DNA of 64,000 nucleotides. Origin: Moniliella sp. 'wahieum' (lineage: Eukaryota). The stretch spans positions 310,001 to 374,000 of the forward strand of contig RSEE01000021.1 of assembly GCA_003971905.1 (NCBI GenBank), read 5' to 3'. Below, piece by piece: positions 50,796-63,039 of this stretch. Positions within the stretch are counted from its first letter, which is position 1. Every line of letters starts with the position of its first letter. The position numbers and the translations under genes are program-made. The notes under the pieces are model-generated. The model saw only the letters and a list, made by a program, of their open reading frames with translations. It had not been told where the DNA came from and made no database searches.

Positions 50796-51834
50796 ATGCG
50801 TCTCTTTCTGCCTCTCGTCCTCATTTTACTTGTTGTGGCCGCAATCGCTCTGGCCCAAGAGCCAACAGGTTACTTCAATCCAGCACTAAGAGGAGGCAAT
50901 AACATGGCTCACTGTGCGTTTTGTTCCCACCTGCTTTCGTCTGGCTTGTATGCGGACGCCATTTTATTATGAACAGTGTGTCCGAAGCATACGGACTGCG
51001 AGAATGATTTTTACTAACCTTCTGCTTGTTCTCTGTCTTCAGTTCCTTGGAGCCTCGTTCTCCTCGGCGAGCCTCTCAACGTCATCATTTCGGGTGATTC
51101 CACCCCCACGCTCCTGAATGTGAAGGGGCTAATGCGATGGGCTGAAGACATGGGCTATGGACGTGAAGTACGTTGACTCTCCCCCTCTTACCATGCATAC
51201 CTGCATGGGCCGTATATTGATGCGCTCTTCCTCTTTTTCTAGTGCTTTGGGTTGCATGAGGGGATCAAGCAGCAAGCCAACTTGGGTGACGGGCGTGGAT
51301 GGCAAGCTCAGGAGCTCGAACTTCGATGGTTATATGGCAACAGTCCCGTATTGGGCGCTTGCGACGAAACGTTCCGGGGCGGGAGCCACTTTCGTGCCTT
51401 TCAACAAGCAGGGACCAACGCCTGGTTCCTGTCTGTCTCCAATGAGATGAACATCTTTGCTCACCATCGTATCACGGTACGTTATCTCTCTCAAAAGAGA
51501 GTGTGGAGTTGCAGACCCTGATTCTATGTCTGCTTTCGCGATTGTGTGTGTGTGTTTTACTTGTTAACACAGGCGGACGGGTATAATGCGTAAGTCGTCT
51601 CCTCGCATCTCCGTTTGGCCTTCAAAGAACCCTTCATAATGCTGACCCATTTTTCGCAGTGGCCGCGACAAACTCGTGGGTGAAGCCCAGCGACACCGGA
51701 AGTATAATGGGGGGAAGTACAACACGACTGTTCAGTACATCTCGGGCTGGCTCCCAACCGGTTCCGATAACATCCACCATGATGTGTCAATTGATGGACG
51801 AACTGCGGTCTTGACCATCAAGGAACTCGCATAG
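50796..51834 (+). CDS. Secreted protein of an uncharacterised basidiomycete-type family; 5 exons including a 17-nt micro-exon
   Basis: Signal peptide MRLFLPLVLILLVVAAIALA; spliced LGEPLNVIISG, ECFGLH..QANLGDG, CDETFRGGSHFR, ADGYN|AGRD, HDVSIDGRTAVLTI; introns ~50913-51041, 51168-51242, 51477-51572, 51590-51659. Confidence 0.8.
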
Positions 51835-53469
51835 CACCTCTTCAAGACATACCCACTCGTCCGGCCGTGCCTCGTCGACCCAATTTCACCGCCGTCCACT
51901 GACTGCCACCGGCGGACTTTTCATTGGCTGAACCACGGCCTGCTAATACTGTTTTTCGTCTCTGCTCATCGACATCGATCATCATCTTTTGCTGCCTACC
52001 GTTTTCCCCTCCCGGGATGTGGACTATGCGTACAAACCACCACCAAGCACCCTGTAAATACTCAACTGTCACACCTTCATTCATCCTTTCATCCCTATCC
52101 GTCCCTCAATAACATGTAACACCCTCACATCTGCCCAGCCGATCTTGTTTCTATATTGCCCCACCGTTACATCTGGCGTAGCACTCGGTGGCTATAGGTG
52201 AGGGTGAGGACGATCAGTCTCTGCTTGTCAAATGCGGCAAGAAAAAGGTCGAAGACAAGTGGCATGTGATGCATGTCACATGCGATAAAGGACAGTATGT
52301 GACATGGGGATACCAGGGTGAAAGGGTTCCAGCGTGGAACGGTGGCTACGGTGGCAAAGGGGAACGGTGGCTAAGGTGGGGACGCAGCTGCTGCGTACCG
52401 AGCCGGGGCGAAGCGCCAACAGACCGGGCCGTCGACCCGGCGGTCTCCTCGTCTGGGATATGGAACAACTAAAAGTTAAAAACGAGAGAAGATCAGCTTC
52501 AGCGGGACAAACGGTGAAAATGTGGGACAGTAAGCTTTTGTCACATGTCATTGGAACCGGCGGGGCGATAGAGTTTCATAACTATGACGTTGCTACACAC
52601 CTTCCGACCCATTTGGCTCTGCCCCCCCTCCGATATTTTGGCATTGCTAGTATTGCCCGATGAGATCATGCAGATCATGAGAGGGAAATGAAGCGTGAAT
52701 GTGAGATGGACTTGTGCCAGACGTGATGCATGATGTGCATGATGTGCCTGATGCATGTTGGTGTAAGCAGAGGGTGCATAGGGAGGGGGGGGGGCATGTG
52801 AAATCCCGACCAGCGTGTAACACCGCATGAGAGGGCTGTCGTGAGTTCGAAGAGACCAGGTCTCTTCCCCCTCCGCGCGTATGAACATGGTACGGTGTAT
52901 TATGAGTAGGTTATCTGTGCGAAAATGGTTAATGGCCACGGACCCAAAGAGGTATAACCGCGTATGTGATTACGGCCGCAAAAATTATAGAACGTGTCTA
53001 ATAGATCCGATAAGTCTCTTCAAGCTTCAAGCTTCATAATCAGTGCACGCGATGAACGAAGATGAACACTAATCTCTCTGTGCGTGGTCGGCACATATTG
53101 CAGGGAAAAGAGATGTAAGCCAAGAATATAAAAGGCGAGCTTTTTGGTAGAACTAAGCACAGACTCTATTAGAGACCCTATAGGCCCTGTGGCTGCTCCT
53201 AGGACCCCTAACCAGGACCCCATAAGCGGATGAGAGACATCGCCACCTGCGGGGTGGGGTGATCACGGTGTCTGGCACAGCTGCGGACAAATTAATGTGT
53301 ATCTCGTTGACACAGTGGAACCGGCAACGAATATTTAACGTTTTGCACACAGCGCAAACCCTTGATCAAAAGTGGGGGCCGTCGGACAACATGAAGCATC
53401 CACCTCCACCTGCACCGGTTATACCTCTTGTCCCACCCTGCTGTTTTCTGTCATCTTACTTTCGGAGAT

Positions 53470-54503
53470 TGACGCGAAGCAGGCTGCTGGTACGGTTCCC
53501 TTTGCCAGTACGCCTCTGGGTGCAAGCGATCCGTATATCAACATCCGGCACATCGACGCTGAGCGGGTAGGTTTTATCCTCAAGGACTGTGATCTTTCCT
53601 ACGTCAATTGGCTTCGCCGTATCATGGTCGCAGAGGTGTTAACTACTGTTGCCATTGATCAGGCTTGATATCAGCGAGAACACTTCACAGCAATCCCAGA
53701 TGAGTTCCTGGCTCATCGAATGGGCCTCATCCCTCTCATTTCGACCGACACGGATAGTGCCCTGGTGAACGCGAGTGTGAAGAAGGATGCTGTGAGCGAT
53801 GCACGGCCGAATTGACGCTTCACGTGCGATGTTCCCGTTCCCAGCGGGCTACACTCGATATGACCACTGCCGACTTGATTCGATCCGCTCCGCTGGGTGA
53901 GCGGTACCCGGGAGACCCAATGATGAACAGTGAAGGTCCCTTTCCTTCTATACCCCCAACAAGCACCCTGATTTTGCTAAGCCTACGTCCCAAGTAGGTA
54001 TGGCGTAGCCTGCAGTGTTGATTGCCCGCATGGCTCCCGGTCAGGAGCTTAGGCTGCGTTGCTTGGCCCGCAAGGGCTTTGCCAAGGAATACGCCAAAAG
54101 GTCCCCCGTCTAATCCATGGAACAAGCTCCACCATACTTCCTATTACTGATGGTTCGAAACATGGGCCGAGGAAGAATGGCCCTTGTCTCGCAAGCACAG
54201 TTTGAGGATCGACCCGACCCATATGTGCCATTTGACTTCAATGTCGTATAGTCAATCGGTTCCACTTTAAGCTTTAACGTGCAAACGATCGGGAAGAAGT
54301 TGTCGAGACGGTATGTCCGCCCGGTCCCTTGTTCCCGTCACTGATCCCTCCTGACTCGTTCTGCGTTTGTCCTACGCCATTTACAGGTACTTATCATTCT
54401 CGAGCCCCGCACTTCCAAGGTAAGCGAGGGGCTGGGGGTGCAGGGGCCAAATATGGGCATGAACGGGAATGTTGGCCTCAACACAACGTATGTGCCCACA
54501 TGA
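53470..54503 (+). pseudogene. RPB3: Decayed copy of RNA polymerase II subunit Rpb3
   Basis: LRRIMVAEV, PDEFLAHRMGLIPLIS, CEEGCCERC, GQELRLRCLARKG, PWNKLHHT, WPLS; conserved-site substitutions, multi-codon deletions and stops. Confidence 0.75.
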
Positions 54504-55234
54504 TCCAGCCGAACGGATACGCGAACGGTCAAATAGTAGCGTTCGCTTGGATGGTTGACGTGGGCTCGCGGCTGCTGCTTCCGATCCTCCCCTTGTATCG
54601 GTAGTTCATATCTCAAAAATTATGCTTGTTGTGCAAGACAGCGCGGGCTGCTCTATTGCAAATACGTTTTGAGAAGGAAGAGTGCATTTCAGGAGAGGGT
54701 GTGTCCGACAGGCGTAATGACACGCCGACCCATTGCATGTGCAAGCACACGCGGGCCAAGTGCAAAGTGATGCTTGGCGAGTATGTTCTGGGCCACGCAT
54801 GAAACTCATACACCAGTAGGAAGGCTGGTGACGAGCGATTAATGGGTCCTTTGGCTGTCCTGAGAGAAAGGGAGGTGGGAAATGGAAAAAAGGATAGAAA
54901 GTTTAGCACCGCAAACATGCATTCCAATGCACGACTTGGGACTGGAAAAGAGCTGGCTGATGAGGTTGCTGGATGGCGAAGCCGATGGTGGTGGTTGTCA
55001 AAAAAAGAAATGCCTCCTTCGTGAAGCTGGCATAAACAGAACGAAACTGCAGCCTCCACTGGCGGAACCCAAGGCGGAATCGCCCCGTCACGTGATATTA
55101 TGTACAGCATTGAATATTGATTGGATCCGGCACCCGCAACTCCGGCCGTGCCATTAGATTACCTGGCCCTGGCCCATCTCCGCCGATAAAAATCCACCCT
55201 CCATCAGGCGAAGCTTCGAGCTTCCTTGTCCGAC

Positions 55235-56329
55235 ATGGCGTCTGAAGCAACCATGCTGGTGTATGTTTCCCATATAAGAGCGGTCAGACCGTTTTGAGCT
55301 GACCACGAAGGCATCCAGGGTGGATAACAGCGAGTTTATGCGCAATGGCGACTACCCACCCACACGCTGGGAAGCGCAGGCCGACATGGTCGATCTCCTC
55401 TTTCGCGCCAAGAGGGCGGCCCATTCAGAAAATCAAGTGGGTCTTATGACTCTTAGTGGAAGCCCTGAGGTCCTGGTCACGCATACGGCCGACCACGGAG
55501 AGTTCCTGGCTGGGGTGCATCGTATCCAACTCGCAGACTCTCCCCAAGTCCGGACTGCGTTCACCATCGCTCTGCTCGCGCTAAAGCAAAGACGAAACCA
55601 GACTCAGCGCCAGCGAATCGTCTTGATGAGTGGGTCGCCTCTGATGGAGACGGAAGAGGAGCTCCAACACCTTGCGAAGCTGCTACGCAAAAATAATGTC
55701 GCTCTGGACGTGATTGCCATGGATGAGAAGGAGAATGAGAGCAAATTGGCGGCCCTCATCACTGCGGTTAACATTTCGCATGTGTGCACTTTGCTCAAAA
55801 TTCCTCCTGGTACAGGGAGTACTGTGTCTGCCATTCTACGAGACTCTCCTATCCTGGGCAACTCTACTGTGCCCCCAACTACTCGCCCGGTGGAGGCGCC
55901 CTTGTCCAACTTTCCTCTGGATGATGATGCGGAATTGGCCATGGTACGTGCCCTCGCTGGATTATCCCCTGTGTACTGACAAGACCGTTTTCAGGCCTTG
56001 CGACTTTCGCGGACAGAGCAGGCCCGCAACCGTGTTCGTGTTCATCGTGTCGTGGATCATACGGGCCTCTTGGGGAGGGAAGAGGATGAGGTCGGGGATT
56101 ACCCCCCTACTGCGCCGGAACCCGCTCCATTGGCCGGCAAGGCTCCATGGTCATGCCTGGCGCCGAATCAATCTTGGGTGCCGGTTCAGCCGCTGTGGAC
56201 GACCGTGAGGCAGAGCTTGTGCGCCAAGCAAACGCTTTAGCTGCCCCGCTGCCTCAAACGGCCCAAGCACCATCTCCATCCCGGTCTTCACCCTCGGATA
56301 ATACACCTCACCCCTCCACCTCAGATTAA
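55235..56329 (+). CDS. RPN10: Divergent 26S proteasome ubiquitin receptor Rpn10 (vWA + one UIM); introns 55261-55318 and 55944-55994
   Basis: EATMLV|VDNSEFMRNGDYPPTR, PEVLVT, QRQRIV..GSP, KNNVALD, ELAM|ALRLS; C-terminal end uncertain (56240 or 56329). Confidence 0.88.
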
Positions 56330-57415
56330 GACCGGAAACAACATGACACTACTGCGCTCAACAGGGCGGGGCGGGGCGACACAATGAGATTAATGACGGA
56401 TGTAACGGATATGCTGATGTTTTCGTCCCCACGAAAATATGGGAGTACAAGTACCCGCCGGTTAAAGTAGGCGCAGGCCTGGGCGAACGTTTAACCGGGA
56501 GGAGACGCGTATTATATCCGCACCTATGGCTGTGTGGTGTGGCACAGCGGCATCGCCTCCTCGAGAAGGCGAGCTGTGAGAAGAAAGCCCCAACTCCCAG
56601 AAACTCGTACTCATCCTAGATCCGTGTTAAGATCTAGCCCCTGGCAATGCCTACGCGGGGTGCACTGCCGCGCCAAACTGCCAAAGAGATACCACAAAGA
56701 ATTAGCCGCGAAGAGGCACATTAGGGAGATGGACAACACCGTTTTTCCCGCCATGTTCATTCGCATCTCGCATCCGCTGGCGCTACATCCCATTTGGAAA
56801 ATGAGAGTGGCGAGACCCAGCAGAACGCCCTGACTTTTGCTGGCGACGCCATTGCAATGGCCTTCTATAATTGGTGTTTGCGAGCGTCATCAGGAAACGC
56901 GGTGCGAGCGCTCGCAAAGCTGGTGGGGGAAGTTGCCACAAACGATGTTGATGTGGATCCTTAGCAGGGGGCCGCGTCAATTGGTTTGTGAAGCTGAGGA
57001 GCTCTGGCGCTCCGGTCTGGGCGCCAGACCACAGAGGTTCAGTTGGTTGAGTAAGTGCGGGGACGGTGCAAAGCGGTGATGTCATACAAGGTCCTACACT
57101 GCCCCCAGGCAGCATTGTGGCCGGAGCGGGTTTAGCAGCGTTAGACCCGCTGTCTCCGCCCTTGCCTGGGGCCAGTGTCGGTATGAGCCCGAGGTGGCTG
57201 GGGGATTTGTCAGACCGAATGTAATCGATAATCGGCCACCGGCAGAAATAGGCCGCGTGCCGTGCTGGTCCGTCCCCCAGCGAGTGGCCCCAGTGCTTCC
57301 GCCTGCTGCCCCCAGACCGGCTGCGGAAAAGATCAGAACGATCAGTGCCGCCGGGTACTTGGTACTTAACTCCCACCCACCGCTGCATACCCCCTCCACT
57401 TCCCAACCACCTATC

Positions 57416-58920
57416 ATGGCTCTCAAGTACGAAGAAGTTGCCAAGCATGCTGGGCGCGATTCGTGCTGGGTGATTGTCCATGGCAAGGCTTACGATTTGA
57501 CCGACTTTCTCCTGAGCATCCGGGGGGCAGCAAGATTCTACTCAAGTACGCCGGGCACGATGCGACCAAGGCCTTCGATCCCATCCACCCCCCTGGTACG
57601 CTCGAGGAGAACCTGCCAGCAGACAAGTGCCTTGGCCCTGTTGACCCCCAACCCTCGAGGGTGGAGTTGCGCTGATCGACAGTGAGAAGCCTGGAGCCAA
57701 GGAAAGTAAGAAGGCGGAGACGGGCTCGCAGGACGCAGTACCTCCCCTCGGGCAGGTGCTGAACCTGTTTGACTTTGAGGTCATCGGCCAGCGTGTCCTC
57801 GACCCTTCTGCTTGGGCCTACTACTCGTCAGGCGCTGACGATGAGGTGACATTGCGTGAGAACTCTGCCGTATTTGGCCGGATCTGGTTCCGCGCATTTT
57901 GCGCGACGTTTCGCACGTTGACTTTTCGACCTCGATCCTGGGACATCGCACCTCGCTGCCTGTTTACGTGACGGCAACGGCGTTGGGGCGTCTGGGCCAT
58001 CCCGACGGGGAGAAGAACCTGACCTGGGCCTGCGGCAAGGAGAATGTGATCCAAATGATCCCCACGCTGGCCAGCTGCAGCATGGACGAGCTGGTGGAGG
58101 CCCGCACGCACGAAGACCAAGTCCAATTCTTCCAGCTCTACGTCAATGCGAATCGGAAAGTGACAGAGCGCATCGTTCGCAAAGCGGAAGAGCGAGGCAT
58201 CAAGGCGTTGTTCATCACAGTCGATGCCCCGCAACTCGGACGGCGGGAAAAGGATAGCGGCTCAAGTTTGACGATGTGGGCTCGCAAGTGCAGAATGACG
58301 AGAAAGAGGAAGTGGACCGATCGCAAGGGGCAGCTCGCGCCATCTCCTCCTTCATCGACCCTTCGCTGAACTGGGATGACCTGCATTGGTTCAAGTCCAT
58401 CACCCGTCTACCGCTCATCCTCAAGGGTGTCCAGTGCTGGGAGGATGCAGTGTTGGCGGCCGAGGCTGGGTGCGCTGGCATTGTTATCTCCAACCATGGA
58501 GGCCGGCAGCTCGACTTTGCTCGCTCCTCGATCGAGGTGTTGGCCGAGGTGGTGCCCAAGCTGAAGGAGCGCAACCTGTTCCCCTCGCCTTCATTCCAAA
58601 TCTTTGTTGATGGTGGCTTCCGCCGGCAACCGACGTGCTCAAGGCTGTTGCATTGGGCGCGACTGCAGTAGGGATTGGACGGCCGTTCCTTTATGCCTAC
58701 TCGGCGTATGGTTCGGATGGGGTGGCCCATGCTTTGGGTCTGCTCAAGGCTGAGATGGAGATGAACATGCGACTGTTGGGCGCGCGCACGCTGCGTGAGG
58801 TGACGCCCGACATGGTGGACAGCGCTCCCTCTACTCGCACATCAACCCCCCCCCTACTCGACTGGCTCCCAGATCTGGCAAGCACCCAGCCTGGCCGTAG
58901 CTAATTCCTCCAAGCTGTAA
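57416..58920 (+). CDS. Cytochrome b2-like FMN-dependent alpha-hydroxy acid dehydrogenase (b5 heme domain + FMN domain)
   Basis: [73 protein letters not shown]; probable end ANSSKL*. Confidence 0.93.
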
Positions 58921-60440
58921 AACCGACCACCGCAACTGCCCTCGTCCCTACCCCCGCAGCCTCCCCTCGCCGATGCGCACCTGCCTCTGTCGCCCACCAC
59001 ATGTAATGCTCCATTGTCTCCTTACTGCCACAACGTCCCTGAGGCCTGACTAGTGACTCGCGCCCGATGGGGGGGGGTACGTATTACATCCATGTTCCCC
59101 AATTTTTCAAGGCGATAATAGCGAGGCGAGGGGCATGTGGTTGGGGCATGCCCCTCCCATCGCCTGGGACAAGGACTGAAACTGTGATGAGAGGTGGATG
59201 AGGATAGTGGTAGTGTGCCCGAGTGAGATGGGCGTCATTGCGATGGAGACGGTGATGGTGCATTTGAGAGAGCAAGGTGTTGCAGTGAGATCGGACAGGT
59301 GAGTGTGCTGAGGGAAGGTGGACACGAGTAGAGTGGTAAGGCCGGTAATCACCAACCCCCCCAGTACCGATTACCGGCAGGTGCTAGTTGCTCGCAACCA
59401 GCTATCGGCCGCTGCGGGAAGCACCAACTGCCGTAGCAGGCCATAGCTGGTACACTAGCGACGCCGATACGCAGCCCGACAGTCAAGCCCAGGACGATGC
59501 ACACCCTCTGTGCGCCGAGGGGATTTGGGGGACGCAGTAGCACTGCTACGCAGTAGACGCAGTTGGCGCAGGTGGCACACCCATCACGTGATGACGATGC
59601 GACACTCCCCCTCTTGGAAGAAAGGCCGCGTGGCGCAGGCGCAGCGGGCGCAGGCTCTCCTCAGATCGCCAGTTGCGCGTGGCGGCGCACTGGGTCTGGC
59701 TGTGCCCCACTGCCTCTCCGGCACAGCCGAGCTCAAGACGGCCCATCCGGCATGCCGGGCCATCCGCACGCAGTAGAGCGTAGAACGGCGTAGTACGGCC
59801 TGGCGCATCCGGGCACAGCAGCACACCGCCCCAGCTGTGGCGCCGTGCCCAAGGGCGACGATGGGCCAGCCGGCCAGCCGCGGAGGCCAGGAACAGGCAC
59901 TGCGCCAGTCACAGCTGAGACATCGGCGCCGCACCCCCAATGGCTGGCGTTTTGATCCCTCGCGAGCACAAGGCACGCCACAGCGGCAGTGTCGCGTGCG
60001 ACTGCGAGCACATACATATATCCACCTGCACACCGCCCCCCCGTTCTTGTCGGAGGGCCCTGGCTCTGCCGGGGGTGTTTTGGTGCGAGCTGGTCCGAGG
60101 TCTGTCCGGTCCAAGTGGGGACACAGCAAGCGCCACTCCCTCTCTCTCGTACTCCTATGTCCTTCATAGCCTCTCCAACCAAAGCCAGGGGTGCTAGGGT
60201 TGGCGCCCTGCGCCTTCTTATGCCCTGCCCGCCCTTCCGAACCTGCCTGTTCCACCACCACCACCACCCTTCTGGCCCGCTCTGAGAGTAGTAGCCCCCC
60301 CCCACCTTTCCATCCTCTCCGCCTACCCCCGTCCTGGTTGACGTCTCTCCCCCCCTATCCCCTCTGCACCGATAATAGGAAAGCCCATCCAAAGCTCAAC
60401 TGCAACCCAAGTTTCTCCTCTTTCGTCTTCAACTCCAACA

Positions 60441-61684
60441 ATGAAATTCACCCTCTTCTTCCTCACCACCCTCCTTGCCCTGACCCAATCAGCGCAGGCG
60501 CTCCATCTCGGCCTTGCCTGGGCCGCCAACAACCAATGGGCCAATGAAATGGTCGGAAACCCATCCATCAACAGCTATCACCACTGGGAGGTGCGTTTTC
60601 TTTCTTTCTGCTTACTCTCTCTCTCACTAGCCGCTGACCGTAATCGATCATCCGTCGTACCGTAGATGGGCCATGTTCCTGAGCTTCTCATGCTGGTCTC
60701 CAGTTTGTGCCCACTCGTTGGGGGTACAAGAAGAACCAAGACTGGCCTCGTCTGCGCAGCCTGTTCCCCAAGTACCGCTACCCCTATCTTTTGGCCTACA
60801 ACGAGCCCGATGTGTCGTCTCAGTCTGACTACTCGCCCCAGGACGCTGCGTCGGCTTTCCAAAGCGAGCTTGCTCCCTTGCGGCAGTACGGTACTCGGAT
60901 CTCGTCGCCACAGATCTGCTGGAACGCCGACTGGCTTGAACAGTTCACCCAGACGCTCTCTAACCAAGGCGGATACTACGACTTTGTTGCTGCTCATTGT
61001 ACGTCCTCTAACCCTCACGCTTCGTTTTATATACCCACGTCGGACTATATTAACCTTTCTGTTTCTTGCGCAGATTACGGAAGTTGGCAGTCGATTGACC
61101 AGCTGAAGAGCTATGTACAGGGTCTCCACCAACGGTTTGGCAAGGACATTTGGATCACCGAATACGGTGTCACTTCCTCATCCAACCCGTCCGCGGCCCA
61201 GGCCAAGCAATTCATGATTGACGCCACCAATTTCTTTGCCTCGACTGGCTATGTCAAGCGTGCCTACCCCTTCGGGATGTGGGCTACCCCTCCCGACAGC
61301 TTTGGCTCGGCACAGAACGCGGTCTTCTTCCAGGACGGTAGTCTGCGCTCGCTGGGCAAATACTACCGTGCGTACTCGGCCTCGAAGCGTTCTCTTTCGG
61401 AGGCGGCGCCCCGTTCGCGCGTCATGCGCAGGCACCATAGTCTCCTTGCCCGTCTTGCTCAACCCGACCCGAAGGATGGCGAGAACTGGGACAATGTGAC
61501 GGTGACGAACCACTGCGATGAACAATGCCAAGGCCGTGCTCAATGGCTTGCCCACATCAAGGATGCTCCCGCGTTCAACGCGTCGGGCCGCGACCCGGCC
61601 CTAGACCGTGATTACAAGCCCACGGTGCCTATCGAGGCCTTTGTCGAGGAACCCATCCCCGAGTACGACGACAATGACTTTTAA
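60441..61684 (+). CDS. Secreted GH128 (Asl1-like) beta-1,3-glucanase; introns 60591-60665 and 60999-61073
   Basis: Signal peptide MKFTLFFLTTLLALTQSAQA; catalytic-type motifs LAYNEPD and IWITEYG. Confidence 0.88.
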
Positions 61685-63039
61685 AGTCACTTGTTAGGAT
61701 GCCCAACATCCTTGGTTGCCATTTGCGCCTGCGTTACCTTTCAGTTTTACCCGCGCCATGCCCACCCTCTCATCTGCGCTTCCCTCTCCTCCCCCCTCCC
61801 CTTTTTCTCTCTACCAGTTAGTTACGGTTCTACCTTCTGTTACGGGCCTTGTTATGGGTCACGCCCCCGTTCTCTTCTTCTGTACCCGTTCTCTTTTTCT
61901 GTACCCGAACTTTCTTTCCTTGTTGTGCCGGTCCTCGTCCATTGTACCCCAACTGCGTTGGGCTGATGGGACGCAGGAACGGAGCACGCCATATGGCTCC
62001 TGGTGAGCCGGTGGACTCGATGTGCTCCGTCACAAGCATCTCCCTCAATTACACTTCTTTCATGTTCCTTTGTCTTGTTGGGCTGTTAGTTACATCTCGT
62101 ATCATGCGGGGATAACTGTCTTTTGCGTTTTCGTCTTCTCCTGAGAGAAGTCTCCGAGGAAAACCTGTCAGACCTGATGCAGAGATTGTGGCCCCTGCGT
62201 GGTGTGTCTGCGCATTATTTTACCTGTCTGCTTCTCTTGGCTTGGCTTGTTTCTGTTGCCGCGTTACTAGTGACTCTCCGTTTTTTGAATCTCGAAGGTC
62301 CCTCCCTCCAACCGTGGATCAGCAATCAGATCTTCATTGCGCCTTGATTACATTTAGTTAGTAATTGCCTACAGACATCAGAAGCCCCTGTTATTCGTCA
62401 GGCTGAGAGGTCTGAAGATGTCTGTGCACCCGACAATGTACACCGATGCTCGGTCTTTGCGTTCCATTTGTAACAGCTGTGCTCACTTAGTTGGAGGTGG
62501 ACGGCCCCGGTAACGGTGGATAAGGCTCCGACTGTTGAGAAATGTACTCGATATATCCCTCCTCTTCTTTGACTCTGTCGTCCCGCACCTGGAACTGGAT
62601 GCGTTGTGCATGGCGTGAGGCTAGTCAATGACTAATGATGGCAAACCGATTATTCATTCAGGCCTCAGGAGTGCGTGTGGTGGTGCTTGTTGGTGGGCGG
62701 GGCGGGTAATTGCATCTGGATATTGATTCCAGATGGGGTGAGCGGCGAGCGCGCTGAGCAATGATGCCGGTGATGGTGGACCCAGGGAGCAGGGCGGCAG
62801 AGATGGCAGAGAGGGGGTCATGCATGTCAATATTCAATCGATGACGTTGGATCAGATCTCAGATGCGGCCACAATCTGAAAGGTGCACATCCCCCAGACT
62901 GGCGCAGTGCGGGGCGGGGCGGGGGCTAGGGTTGGCGTGCTGCGCATGCTGATGGGCATCGAGGAGTGCGGCTGCGTTGATGGCATCGATAGCTGAGATC
63001 AGAGATCTGATAACCGATCCCCGGCAGCTCTGCTCCACG

